38,371 bases of DNA from Candidatus Magasanikiibacteriota bacterium (GTDB lineage: Bacteria > Patescibacteriota > Patescibacteriia > Magasanikbacterales > UBA922): the NCBI GenBank assembly GCA_031973355.1, contig DALYDF010000002.1:8253-46623 (forward strand), given 5' to 3'. The position numbers were made by a program, and so were the translations under genes. This document shows positions 1 through 8,444 of the stretch, in pieces. Positions within the stretch are counted from its first letter, which is position 1, and each line of letters opens with the position of its first letter. The notes beneath the pieces were generated by a model. That model searched no databases and was not told where the DNA came from. It saw only the letters and a list, made by a program, of their open reading frames with translations.

Positions 1-1968
1 ATCTCGGCACCCGCCGAAGAAGCGACTGATCAATACTACCGTTTTGCTGAGTTGGTGCGTGGTTTAAAAGAAAATGATGATTATAATGTTGATGAAAAAA
101 TGCGTAGTTCCACGCTCACTGAAGCGGGGATTACTAAATTTGAAGACTGGTTAGGAATTAAAAATATTTATGAAGAAGGTGGGGTTCGTACGGTTCATCA
201 CATTGAACAAGCTTTAAAAGCTGAGGTGTTATATAAACGTGATCGTGATTACATCGTTGACGCGGGTGAAGTAATTATTATTGATGAATTTACAGGCCGA
301 AAAATGCCTGGTCGGCGGTATTCAGAAGGGTTGCACCAAGCCTTGGAAGCTAAAGAAAAATTAAGTATTCAAAAAGAGAGTCAAACTTTGGCAACGATTA
401 CTTTTCAAAATTTATTTCGGATGTACGACAAGTTGGCCGGTATGACTGGTACGGCCGCTACTGAATCTGAAGAATTATTTAAAATTTATCAATTGGAAGT
501 AGTAACGATTCCAACGCATCGCGCGGATCAACGAAAAAATTTACCTGATCGAATTTATAAAACTGAAGCCGGTAAATTTAAAGCAATTGCCGAAATTATT
601 AAAGAACGCCGCAGTACACAGCAACCAATTTTAATCGGTACTATTTCGGTTGAAAAAAATGAACGTTTGAGTGCGTATTTGCAAGAAGTTGGTATTGAAC
701 ATGAAATTTTGAATGCGAAAAACCACGAACGAGAAGGTGAGATTATTGCCCAAGCTGGTCGACCAGGCGCCGTAACGTTGGCCACTAACATGGCTGGTCG
801 TGGTGTGGATATTAAATTGGGTGGTGTGCCGGCTACACCAGAAGCAATTGCTACGGTGGTGAATGCGGGCGGTTTGTTTGTTTTGGGTACAGAACGACAT
901 GAATCAAGACGCATTGATAATCAATTGCGTGGTCGGGCTGCTCGTCAAGGTGACCCAGGGGTAACTCAATTTTTTGTCTCAACTGAAGACGAATTAATGC
1001 GTATTTTTGGTGGTGATCGATTAAAAAGTGTCATGACTCGGTTGCATGTTCCGGATGATATGCCAATTGAACAGTCAATGATTACGCGGGTTTTAGAGAA
1101 TGCACAAAAAAAAGTTGAAGCGCATCACTATGATACGCGGAAACATTTATTGGAATATGATGATGTGTTAAATAAGCAGCGGGCAGTTATTTATGAAAAG
1201 CGTCGGAAAATTTTAGAAACAGCGCATGGTGCACAAGCCTCAGAAAAATTAAGTGCGTTAATTATTGAAGCGGTTACGGAAGAAATTGAAACCGTTGTTT
1301 CGTTTCACACAAATAATTTAACTACCGGTGATTGGAATGTTTTAGAAATTCACGAAACAGTTCGAACAATTTTCCCATTGTCTGAAGCTGATAAAGAAAA
1401 ACTATTGTCTTTTGAGCAAGAACACCAAGCTGGTCAGGTCGCAGAAGCCGTGGTGCGTGATGAAATTGTAGCTTTATTGCTGGAACGAGCGAATCAAGCT
1501 CATGCGGCTATGCGTCAGACAATGCTTAGTCAGGCGCCATCGAACGCAGAAGGTGAACAATTTTTTGCCGAATTACAAAAAGGAATTTTACTGCGTGCCG
1601 TCGATACTTTTTGGGTCGACCACTTGGTACAAATTGATTATTTGCGCGCCGGGATTGGTTTACAAGGATATGGTCAACGAGATCCGCTCATTGAATATAA
1701 GCGCCAAAGTTTTGGTATGTTCAATCAACTGTTGACTGATATTCAAAAAGAAGTGGTCTATAGTTTCTTTAAAATTGGGGCCGGTATTCAATTGGCACCT
1801 TCAATAATGGAAGCTAAAAATGTGACTATGTCTGGTCCAAATGAAAATGGCGAAGCTGAGGAAAAGATCACGGCTAGCCAATCAGGGTCCAAAGAAAGTC
1901 CGATTGGTCGCAATGATCCGTGCCACTGTGGTTCAGGTAAAAAATTTAAAAAATGTCATGGTGCATAA
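1..1968 (+). CDS. secA: Preprotein translocase ATPase SecA, C-terminal ~655 aa (5' end lies outside the window)
   Basis: Frame 1 is open from nt 1 (ISAPAEEATDQYYRFAELV...), so the ORF-track start at 52 is not the real start. SecA motifs are present: GMTGTAATE, LATNMAGRGVDIKLGG, RQLRGRAARQGDPG. The C-terminal zinc finger is CHCGSGKKFKKCHG. Confidence 0.97.
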   Translation: MSAPAEEATDQYYRFAELVRGLKENDDYNVDEKMRSSTLTEAGITKFEDWLGIKNIYEEGGVRTVHHIEQALKAEVLYKRDRDYIVDAGEVIIIDEFTGRKMPGRRYSEGLHQALEAKEKLSIQKESQTLATITFQNLFRMYDKLAGMTGTAATESEELFKIYQLEVVTIPTHRADQRKNLPDRIYKTEAGKFKAIAEIIKERRSTQQPILIGTISVEKNERLSAYLQEVGIEHEILNAKNHEREGEIIAQAGRPGAVTLATNMAGRGVDIKLGGVPATPEAIATVVNAGGLFVLGTERHESRRIDNQLRGRAARQGDPGVTQFFVSTEDELMRIFGGDRLKSVMTRLHVPDDMPIEQSMITRVLENAQKKVEAHHYDTRKHLLEYDDVLNKQRAVIYEKRRKILETAHGAQASEKLSALIIEAVTEEIETVVSFHTNNLTTGDWNVLEIHETVRTIFPLSEADKEKLLSFEQEHQAGQVAEAVVRDEIVALLLERANQAHAAMRQTMLSQAPSNAEGEQFFAELQKGILLRAVDTFWVDHLVQIDYLRAGIGLQGYGQRDPLIEYKRQSFGMFNQLLTDIQKEVVYSFFKIGAGIQLAPSIMEAKNVTMSGPNENGEAEEKITASQSGSKESPIGRNDPCHCGSGKKFKKCHGA

Positions 1969-2028
1969 CCAGTAGATCTTGACGCCTCTGCGGGCGCAGG
2001 AGTAGACTAGTCCCATTGTAATTTATTT

Positions 2029-4071
2029 ATGAAAACACAAAATACCGAAACTAAAACTTTTCGCCTTGGCACTGGCTGGGGTGTGGCCGCAATTGCAGTC
2101 TTGTTTGTCTTTTTTGGTGCCGTAGCGGCCCCAAAATACTTTAATGGTGGACTGAAGTTTTTAAATGATACGATCGCCTTGGGAGTACCAAATGTACCAG
2201 AAAATAATTTTCGGTTAGGCTTGGATTTACAAGGTGGGGTTCAGTTAATTTACGAAGCAGATACGAGTCAGGTTGCACCAGGTCAAGAAGCTGCGGCAGT
2301 AGAAGGTGCCCGCGATGTGATTGAACGACGGGTAAATGGATTGGGAGTCGGTGAAGCCACAATTCAAACTGCGCAAATTGAAAATACGTATCGTTTAAAT
2401 ATTGAATTACCAGGAGTAACCAATATTTCTGAAGCAATTGCCATGATTGGTGAAACACCAATTTTGGAATTTAAAGAGCAGAGTACTGAAGCCCCTGTAT
2501 TGACTTCTGAACAACAAACAAAATTGAATGCGGATAATGCGACAGCAAAAACCAAAGCCGAAGCACTTCTCGTACGGCTTAAAAAAGGTGAAGATTTCGG
2601 TGTATTAGTGAGTGAGTCTGATGATGTAAATACAAAAAACGAAGCTGGAAAATTAGGTTTTATTCCAAATGTGCCACCAGTGACTGAATTGTATGCGTGG
2701 GCAAAAAATAAAACTGAAGGCACAGTCAGTGATACTTTGGTGGTGAGTCCACAAGGATACAACATTGTTAAACGCGGAGCTGAACGAGAAGGTGAAGCAC
2801 AAGTAAAAGCCAGTCATTTATTAGTGTGTTATTTGGGGGCTAAAGATTGTGCGGCCACAATGACCAAAGAAGAAGCGCGCACTAAAATTACTGAATTAGC
2901 TAAAAAAGCTACTACTAAAAATTTCGCCCAATTAGTGAAAGAAAATTCAACCGATGCTTCCAATAAAGACACTGGTGGTGATTTGGGATACTTTACCAAA
3001 GCACAAATGGTGCCAAGTTTTGCGGAAGCAGCCTTTGCAGCTAAAGATGGAGCGATTATTGGTCCGGTGGAAACAGAATTTGGTTTCCATTTAATTTATC
3101 GCCAAGCTGCTCGTCAAGAAAAAGAATATGAAGTTTCCCGAATTTTGGTAGCCACTAAAACAGCTAGTGATATTTTGGGAACAGGTAATTGGAAATCAAC
3201 TGGCTTGTCTGGTAAACAATTAGAACGCGCCGAAGTGGTGGCTGACCAACAAACAGGAGCCGCTCAAGTTTCGTTGAAGTTTAACAGTGAAGGTGCTGAA
3301 TTATTCCGTCAAATTACGCAACGAAATTTACAAAAACCAATTGCAATTTTTTTGGATAATACGCCAGAACCACTCACAACTCCAAATGTAAATACGGTTA
3401 TTCCTGACGGTCAGGCCGTAATTACGGGTAATTTTACTTTACCTGAAGCACAAAAATTAGCGCAACGCCTAAACGCTGGTGCCTTACCAGTGCCGGTTGA
3501 ATTAGTTTCTCAACAAGTGATTGGAGCCACTTTAGGGGCTGAAGCTTTGAGTAAGAGTTTACAAGCAGGCTTGGCTAGTTTGGTGATTATTATGGTGTTT
3601 ATGGTAGCGGTATATCGCTTGCCAGGTTTTATTTCCGCCATTTCATTGTGCTTATACACCCTGATTACTTTAGGAGTATTCAAGTTTATGGATGTGACCA
3701 TTACTTTGGCGGGTATTGCCGGGTTTATCATGTCTTTAGGGGTAGCGATTGACGCTAATGTGCTTATCTTCGAACGCTTAAAAGAAGAACTAGGATTAGG
3801 TAAAAACTTGCGGACCGCGATGGAAGAAGGGTTTGTGCGTGCGTGGACTTCAATTCGTGATGGAAACGCAGCGACAATTATTACCGGGGTAATCTTAATT
3901 TGGTTTGGCTCAAGCTTTGTACAAGGCTTTGCTTTAACTTTGATTATCGGTACTTTGGTAAGTTTGTTTACCGCTATTACTGTTACTCGGACTTTGATGC
4001 GATTTATTTTACCGTGGTTTAAAAATAATGGTGGCTGGCTCTTTTTGGGCGCGACACCCAAAAAAAATTAA
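2029..4071 (+). CDS. secD: Protein-export membrane protein SecD with a ~235-aa insertion of two parvulin (PpiC)-like PPIase modules in the periplasmic P1 region
   Basis: It has an N-terminal TM helix. SecD P1 motifs are LGLDLQGGVQLIY, GETPILEFKE and WKSTGLSGKQL..VSLKFNSEGAELFRQIT..IAIFLDN, followed by C-terminal TM helices. Between LEFKE (aa ~149) and WKSTGLSG (aa ~388) lie parvulin-like segments, e.g. ASHLLV...GGDLGYFTKAQMVPSFAEAAF..GPVETEFGFHLIYR. Confidence 0.9.
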   Translation: MKTQNTETKTFRLGTGWGVAAIAVLFVFFGAVAAPKYFNGGLKFLNDTIALGVPNVPENNFRLGLDLQGGVQLIYEADTSQVAPGQEAAAVEGARDVIERRVNGLGVGEATIQTAQIENTYRLNIELPGVTNISEAIAMIGETPILEFKEQSTEAPVLTSEQQTKLNADNATAKTKAEALLVRLKKGEDFGVLVSESDDVNTKNEAGKLGFIPNVPPVTELYAWAKNKTEGTVSDTLVVSPQGYNIVKRGAEREGEAQVKASHLLVCYLGAKDCAATMTKEEARTKITELAKKATTKNFAQLVKENSTDASNKDTGGDLGYFTKAQMVPSFAEAAFAAKDGAIIGPVETEFGFHLIYRQAARQEKEYEVSRILVATKTASDILGTGNWKSTGLSGKQLERAEVVADQQTGAAQVSLKFNSEGAELFRQITQRNLQKPIAIFLDNTPEPLTTPNVNTVIPDGQAVITGNFTLPEAQKLAQRLNAGALPVPVELVSQQVIGATLGAEALSKSLQAGLASLVIIMVFMVAVYRLPGFISAISLCLYTLITLGVFKFMDVTITLAGIAGFIMSLGVAIDANVLIFERLKEELGLGKNLRTAMEEGFVRAWTSIRDGNAATIITGVILIWFGSSFVQGFALTLIIGTLVSLFTAITVTRTLMRFILPWFKNNGGWLFLGATPKKN

Positions 4072-4080
4072 TGATTTTGT

Positions 4081-4989
4081 ATGGTAAACATTATTGCTAA
4101 ACGAAATATCTTTTTTGCCTTATCAGGGGTAATGGTGATGTTGAGTATGTTGGCCTTGGTAGTATTTGGTTTAAAACCAAGTATTGATTTTACCGGCGGT
4201 TCTCAAATGACTTTATCATTTACTGGTGAACGACCATCATTATCTGACATGCAGGCAACGGTCAGTAAAGTGCCTGATTTGGGTCCAATTTTAGTACAAC
4301 CTTCTGGTGAACAAGGGTATTCATTTAAACTACGGTTTATTTCTGAAACTGAGCACCAACAATTACTTAATGCGGTCAAAAACGCGTACGAAAAAAATAA
4401 CACTACGGTCACTGAAGATCGCTTGGAAACGATTGGTCCAGCTGTAAGTGAAACCTTGAAAAAGCGTTCCTGGATGGCTACCATTGCGGTTGCCGTAACC
4501 GTAATTTTGTATGTGGCCTATTCTTTCCGCGGTGTATCTAAACCTGTACAATCATGGAAATTCGGAGTTTCAACCGTTATTTCTTTGGTACATAATGTGG
4601 GAATTACGATTGGTATTTTTGCAGTGATTGGTCGGTACTACGATGTGCAAGTTGATATTCCGTTTGTGGTCGCACTCTTAACTATCTTGGGGTATTCAGT
4701 GAATGATAATATTGTGGTGTTAGACCGTATTCGGGAAAATTTAATGCGCCGTCGTATTAGTGATTTTGCTACCCTCGCTAACACGGCGTTGAATGAAACT
4801 TTGTGGCGTTCCTTAAACACCTCCATTACCATCCTCTTGGTATTTGTTGCCTTACTGGTGTTTGGTGATGCCTCAATCTTTACTTTCTCACTCGCTTTGA
4901 TTCTCGGTATTATTATTAGTGCGTATTCATCAGTTTTCTTGGCCGCTCCGCTTTTGGTAGCTTGGGAAAAATGGGACCGTCGGAAATAA
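4081..4989 (+). CDS. secF: Protein-export membrane protein SecF
   Basis: It follows secD by 9 nt. Motifs include IDFTGGSQM and GYSVNDNIVVLDRIREN, with six predicted TM helices. Confidence 0.93.
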   Translation: MVNIIAKRNIFFALSGVMVMLSMLALVVFGLKPSIDFTGGSQMTLSFTGERPSLSDMQATVSKVPDLGPILVQPSGEQGYSFKLRFISETEHQQLLNAVKNAYEKNNTTVTEDRLETIGPAVSETLKKRSWMATIAVAVTVILYVAYSFRGVSKPVQSWKFGVSTVISLVHNVGITIGIFAVIGRYYDVQVDIPFVVALLTILGYSVNDNIVVLDRIRENLMRRRISDFATLANTALNETLWRSLNTSITILLVFVALLVFGDASIFTFSLALILGIIISAYSSVFLAAPLLVAWEKWDRRK

Positions 4990-5003
4990 AATAGAGTAAT
5001 TGA

Positions 5004-5033
5004 AAAACCCGCATCTCAGGTGCGGGTTTTTTT
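5004..5033 (+). terminator. Rho-independent terminator after secF
   Basis: Stem CCCGCA (5008-5013) pairs with TGCGGG (5021-5026), followed by a T-run at 5027-5033. Confidence 0.8.
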
Positions 5034-5069
5034 GTCCTGTGGTATACTGTACTCACTTACTCTATTTTT

Positions 5070-5231
5070 ATGTCTGAAGAAAAATTGAAACGAAAAATCG
5101 CTTGGTCGGGGACGGGTATTTGTTTATTAGCTTTTTTAGGTGGATATGTAGCGGGAATGTTAGGGTGGTGGTTTTTAATTATTTTAATTGGAGTGGTTTA
5201 CTTTATTATCTACAATAGCCTCGGTCACTAA
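5070..5231 (+). CDS. Small membrane protein, 53 aa (below the ORF-track cutoff)
   Basis: ATG at 5070 to TAA at 5229-5231 encodes MSEEKLKRKIAWSGTGICLLAFLGGYVAGMLGWWFLIILIGVVYFIIYNSLGH, with two hydrophobic helices. The stop lies 1 nt before the ATG at 5233 of the next gene, which suggests translational coupling. Confidence 0.5.
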   Translation: MSEEKLKRKIAWSGTGICLLAFLGGYVAGMLGWWFLIILIGVVYFIIYNSLGH

Positions 5232-5232
5232 T

Positions 5233-6666
5233 ATGGACTTTGGTTTTTTTTATCTAGATTTGGTCGCCCTGTACGCAAGCTTTGGGGCAATTTTTGAACA
5301 AGGGCCATTGATTTTGGCCTTGGAATTTTTTGCTATTTTTGGGTGGTTGGTAGGAATTGGTCCATTAACAAGAATTATTTTGCATGCGTATATTGAAATT
5401 AAAGAAGAGCGATATACCAAAGATTGGAAGCCAGTGGTGTTGGCGATTGATATTCCAGCGATAAATGTACAAACGCCAATGGCGGTTGAGCAAATGTTTG
5501 CCCAATTGGCTGGCGCCTTAGGTTCGTCTGGATTTTCTGATAAATTTAAAACCGGTTTTGTGCAACGAACTTTTAGTTTGGAAGTTATTAGTATTGAAGG
5601 GTACATTCAATTTGTGGCCTGGACCGAAGAATCATTTAAAGATTTGTTTGAGGCCTCATTGTACGCGCAATATCCTGATGCGGAAATTACAGAAATTGAA
5701 GATTATACTCGCTTGGTGCCTGATAAATTTCCCAATGAAACGCATGATTTGTGGATCAGTGATTTTGGTTTAGCTGAACACAGTGCGTACGCGATTCGTT
5801 CGTACCGTGAATTTGAACACAGTATTTCCAAAGACACAGTGTTAAAAGATCCAATGGGAACTTTTTTAGAAAGTTTTAGTCGGTTAGGTCCAGGCGAACA
5901 AATGTGGTTCCAAGTTTTGGTAGAACCAGTTGATTCTAGTTGGAAAAATGACGCGATTGCCAAGGTAAAAGAAATTTTAGGAATTGCGGATGCCAAACCA
6001 GCACCGGGCGACAATGTTGGTGATAAATTTATCAAAGGAATGATGAAAAGTTTAGTGTTTGTCGGTGATCAAATTTTTAGTCGTGAGCCGCATGCCGATG
6101 AAGCGGCCGCGGCCGAAGAAGCGGCGCCACCAAAATTAACCCCAGGGGTACATAAGGTAATTGAAAAAATGGAAGAAAAAATGAATAAATTGGCTTTTAA
6201 AACTAAAATTCGCGCGGCGTATATTGCGCGTAAAGAAGTGTTTAATCCACGGCGTGGGGTTAATTTGATGATTGGGGCGATTAATCAATATAATATGCCC
6301 AGTGCCAATTCAATTGTGGCGATTGAGGGTAAAAAGCCAGATAAACCAGCTAAATTATTTAAAGCTTTTAAAGATCGCTCGCTTGGTACAGCTAGTCCAA
6401 CTTGTATCATGAATATCGAAGAATTGGCCACAATTTGGCATTTCCCAATGTCCCATGTGAAAACACCGTTATTGGCTAAAGCTGCCAGTAAACAGGCTGA
6501 ACCGCCAGTGGGTTTGCCCGTGGAATTTATTTCTGGTCCTGGTGTGCGGGGAATGGGGGCAAGTGCTACTCCAATTGCCGGTGTTGGTCCACAATCAACC
6601 GGTAAAAAATTCACCACTGATTCTGGTGAAGTGATTGAGTATGATGATTGGTATAAAAACTTGTAG
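5233..6666 (+). CDS. Membrane protein homologous to the N-terminal non-ATPase module of the coupling-protein-like ATPase at 24450..26999, but lacking the ATPase
   Basis: The start was moved to ATG 5233 (MDFGFF...) because the ORF-track start at 5188 overlaps the small upstream ORF. Blocks shared with the 849-aa protein: VVLAIDIP/VVLQIQVP, SLYAQYPDAEITEIEDY/QITAQYPYAQIEQVPDY, QVLVEPVDSSW/QMVVRPANHHW, WHFPMSHVKTP/WHLPLHSTETP. Confidence 0.8.
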   Translation: MDFGFFYLDLVALYASFGAIFEQGPLILALEFFAIFGWLVGIGPLTRIILHAYIEIKEERYTKDWKPVVLAIDIPAINVQTPMAVEQMFAQLAGALGSSGFSDKFKTGFVQRTFSLEVISIEGYIQFVAWTEESFKDLFEASLYAQYPDAEITEIEDYTRLVPDKFPNETHDLWISDFGLAEHSAYAIRSYREFEHSISKDTVLKDPMGTFLESFSRLGPGEQMWFQVLVEPVDSSWKNDAIAKVKEILGIADAKPAPGDNVGDKFIKGMMKSLVFVGDQIFSREPHADEAAAAEEAAPPKLTPGVHKVIEKMEEKMNKLAFKTKIRAAYIARKEVFNPRRGVNLMIGAINQYNMPSANSIVAIEGKKPDKPAKLFKAFKDRSLGTASPTCIMNIEELATIWHFPMSHVKTPLLAKAASKQAEPPVGLPVEFISGPGVRGMGASATPIAGVGPQSTGKKFTTDSGEVIEYDDWYKNL

Positions 6667-6679
6667 GTGTTAATTGTAT

Positions 6680-8251
6680 ATGAAAATCTTGAGTAACTCA
6701 TCGCAATTAATCAAAATAATTGCTGATTTTGGTTTAATTATTTGGTTTCTTTTTTTATTTGTTCGCCCACTTGATACTACGGTTGGGGATTTGCCGCGAC
6801 ATATAAAAAATGGGGAAATCATTGTTAATTCGCTTGTAAATGGTGAGTTAGACCACCGGATTTTTACTACAAATTATTATTCATACACGCACCCTGATTT
6901 TTCGTTTATCAATCATCACTGGTTAAGTGGTGTATTATTTTTTTTGGTCTGGTCAGTTACTGGGTGGGGTGGTTTGCAAATTATAGCTACAATAATGGCC
7001 TTAATTACTTTTGGTCTTTTTTTTATCGTGGCGCAGAAAAAAAGCAATTTTTGGGTAGCGTGGACCGCGGCTTTTTTTCTAATGCCCTTGATTGCCGACC
7101 GACGCGATATTCGGCCGGAATTATTTAGTTATTTATTTTTTTCCTTATTGTTGTGGCTGTTAACCAAATTTGAACAAACAAAAAATACCCAGTATTTATT
7201 GGGGGTTCCAGTGATTTTTTTAGTATGGGTTAATTCCCATATTTATTTTATTTTTGGATTGGCAGTGCTCGTAATCTATGTAATTGATGCGTTGTTGTCT
7301 AAAAATAAAGGAGGTGCGCGAGCCCTGATAGTGACTTTATTTTTTTCTGGGTTAGCGGGATTGGGTAACCCGTTTGGGTTACAGGTGTATGGGTATCCGT
7401 TTAAAATTTTGGATAATTATGGAATTTCCATTCAAGAAAATAAACCCCTGTGGCGAGCACCAGAAATTGATCCGGCGCGAGTGTTAACTTGTGTAATTGC
7501 GCTGGTTTTGGTGTGGGTATCTTTGCTAATCACTGTGGTAATTGATAGAAAAAGATTGGTTTTTAAAACTGTCGCCACTGCTGGTTTAATGAGTGTGCTT
7601 GGGGTAACCATGATTCGTAATTTTACCCTGGTGGGTTTATTTTTTATCCCTTTGTTAAGTGAAGGAATATACGCAAATGCTCGGCGGTTGTTTGAAAAAA
7701 GAATAAAACCAGTCTGGCTGACGCGTGCCTATGGCAGGCTATTAGTGGTGGTTGTGGTAGTCTGTACTGTAACCTTAAGTTACCGTCGTTTACCTGAAGC
7801 CTGGCAAAATGTAGGTTGGGCGAGAAATTCTACTGAGACGGAAGCAATTACCTTTTTTAAAAATAAGGCAATTTCTGGTCCAATTTTTAATGATTTTGGT
7901 GCGGGTGGATATTTAATTTTATATGGATATCCTGACATTAAACCATTTGTTGATCAGCGGCCCGAGGCCTATCCGGCTGATTTTTTAAAAAATGATTATT
8001 CGGCGGTTCGTTTTAATGCGGCACAATGGCAGAGCGTACTGGCGAAATATAATTTTTCAACACTTTTTCTGGTTTTACCACCAATTAGCCCGTACCATGC
8101 CGCGTTTATTAACGATCGACTCCAAGACCCGTTATGGGTGCCGGTGTTTAAAAACAAGCATCATCTTATTTTTGTACGCAATAGTCCAGAAAATGAATCA
8201 ATCATTGAGAAATATGCCTTGCCTGTAGCCAGTATTTCGCCTAGCCCATAG
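6680..8251 (+). CDS. Polytopic membrane protein (about 11-13 TM plus a C-terminal soluble domain), possibly a GT-C-type glycosyltransferase
   Basis: It is a long hydrophobic ORF. ATG 6680 is preferred over TTG 6674. The architecture resembles ArnT/PMT-like enzymes, but no motif was recognised with certainty. Confidence 0.75.
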   Translation: MKILSNSSQLIKIIADFGLIIWFLFLFVRPLDTTVGDLPRHIKNGEIIVNSLVNGELDHRIFTTNYYSYTHPDFSFINHHWLSGVLFFLVWSVTGWGGLQIIATIMALITFGLFFIVAQKKSNFWVAWTAAFFLMPLIADRRDIRPELFSYLFFSLLLWLLTKFEQTKNTQYLLGVPVIFLVWVNSHIYFIFGLAVLVIYVIDALLSKNKGGARALIVTLFFSGLAGLGNPFGLQVYGYPFKILDNYGISIQENKPLWRAPEIDPARVLTCVIALVLVWVSLLITVVIDRKRLVFKTVATAGLMSVLGVTMIRNFTLVGLFFIPLLSEGIYANARRLFEKRIKPVWLTRAYGRLLVVVVVVCTVTLSYRRLPEAWQNVGWARNSTETEAITFFKNKAISGPIFNDFGAGGYLILYGYPDIKPFVDQRPEAYPADFLKNDYSAVRFNAAQWQSVLAKYNFSTLFLVLPPISPYHAAFINDRLQDPLWVPVFKNKHHLIFVRNSPENESIIEKYALPVASISPSP

Positions 8252-8265
8252 TTGTGGATAGAATA

Positions 8266-8294
8266 TTTACAAATATCGTTGAACCTGATATTGT
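8266..8294 (+). promoter_or_regulatory. Sigma70-like promoter for the Cys-rich leader ORF
   Basis: TTTACA (8266-8271), a 17-nt spacer, then TATTGT (8289-8294). The -10 ends 7 nt before ATG 8302, so the transcript would be leaderless or nearly so. Confidence 0.45.
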
Positions 8295-8301
8295 ATTTTA
8301 T

Positions 8302-8370
8302 ATGAAAAACTCAAGTCAAAAATGTATCTGCTGTTGTACTTCTCGGTCGAGAGGCGGTTGTTGTAGTTAA
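8302..8370 (+). CDS. Candidate Cys-rich leader peptide, 22 aa: MKNSSQKCICCCTSRSRGGCCS
   Basis: ATG 8302 to TAA 8368-8370. Six of 22 codons are Cys. It sits directly upstream of a terminator hairpin and a Cys/Met-metabolism gene. Confidence 0.5.
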   Translation: MKNSSQKCICCCTSRSRGGCCS

Positions 8371-8389
8371 TTTTTTAACTTTAACCAAA

Positions 8390-8412
8390 CCTCTCACTTG
8401 AGAGGTTTTTTT
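8390..8412 (+). terminator. Attenuator-type intrinsic terminator in the leader of the PLP enzyme gene
   Basis: CCTCTC (8390-8395), loop ACTT, GAGAGG (8400-8405), then T7 (8406-8412). A second GAGAGG at 8349-8354 inside the leader ORF can pair with the same CCTCTC arm. Confidence 0.7.
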
Positions 8413-8444
8413 ATTCTAGCTCTACTTTTAGTAAATTACTTTAT

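Noticed and set aside
555-914. Antisense or out-of-frame ORFs inside secA, secD, the 985-aa gene, the ATPase, dnaX, cysS, dnaG and others (e.g. 555..914, 2364..2765, 3510..4061, 11489..14227 pieces, 21868..22437, 25228..25834)
   Set aside because: Each is nested in a longer ORF with clear family motifs. Their translations are low-complexity or mirror-image artefacts.
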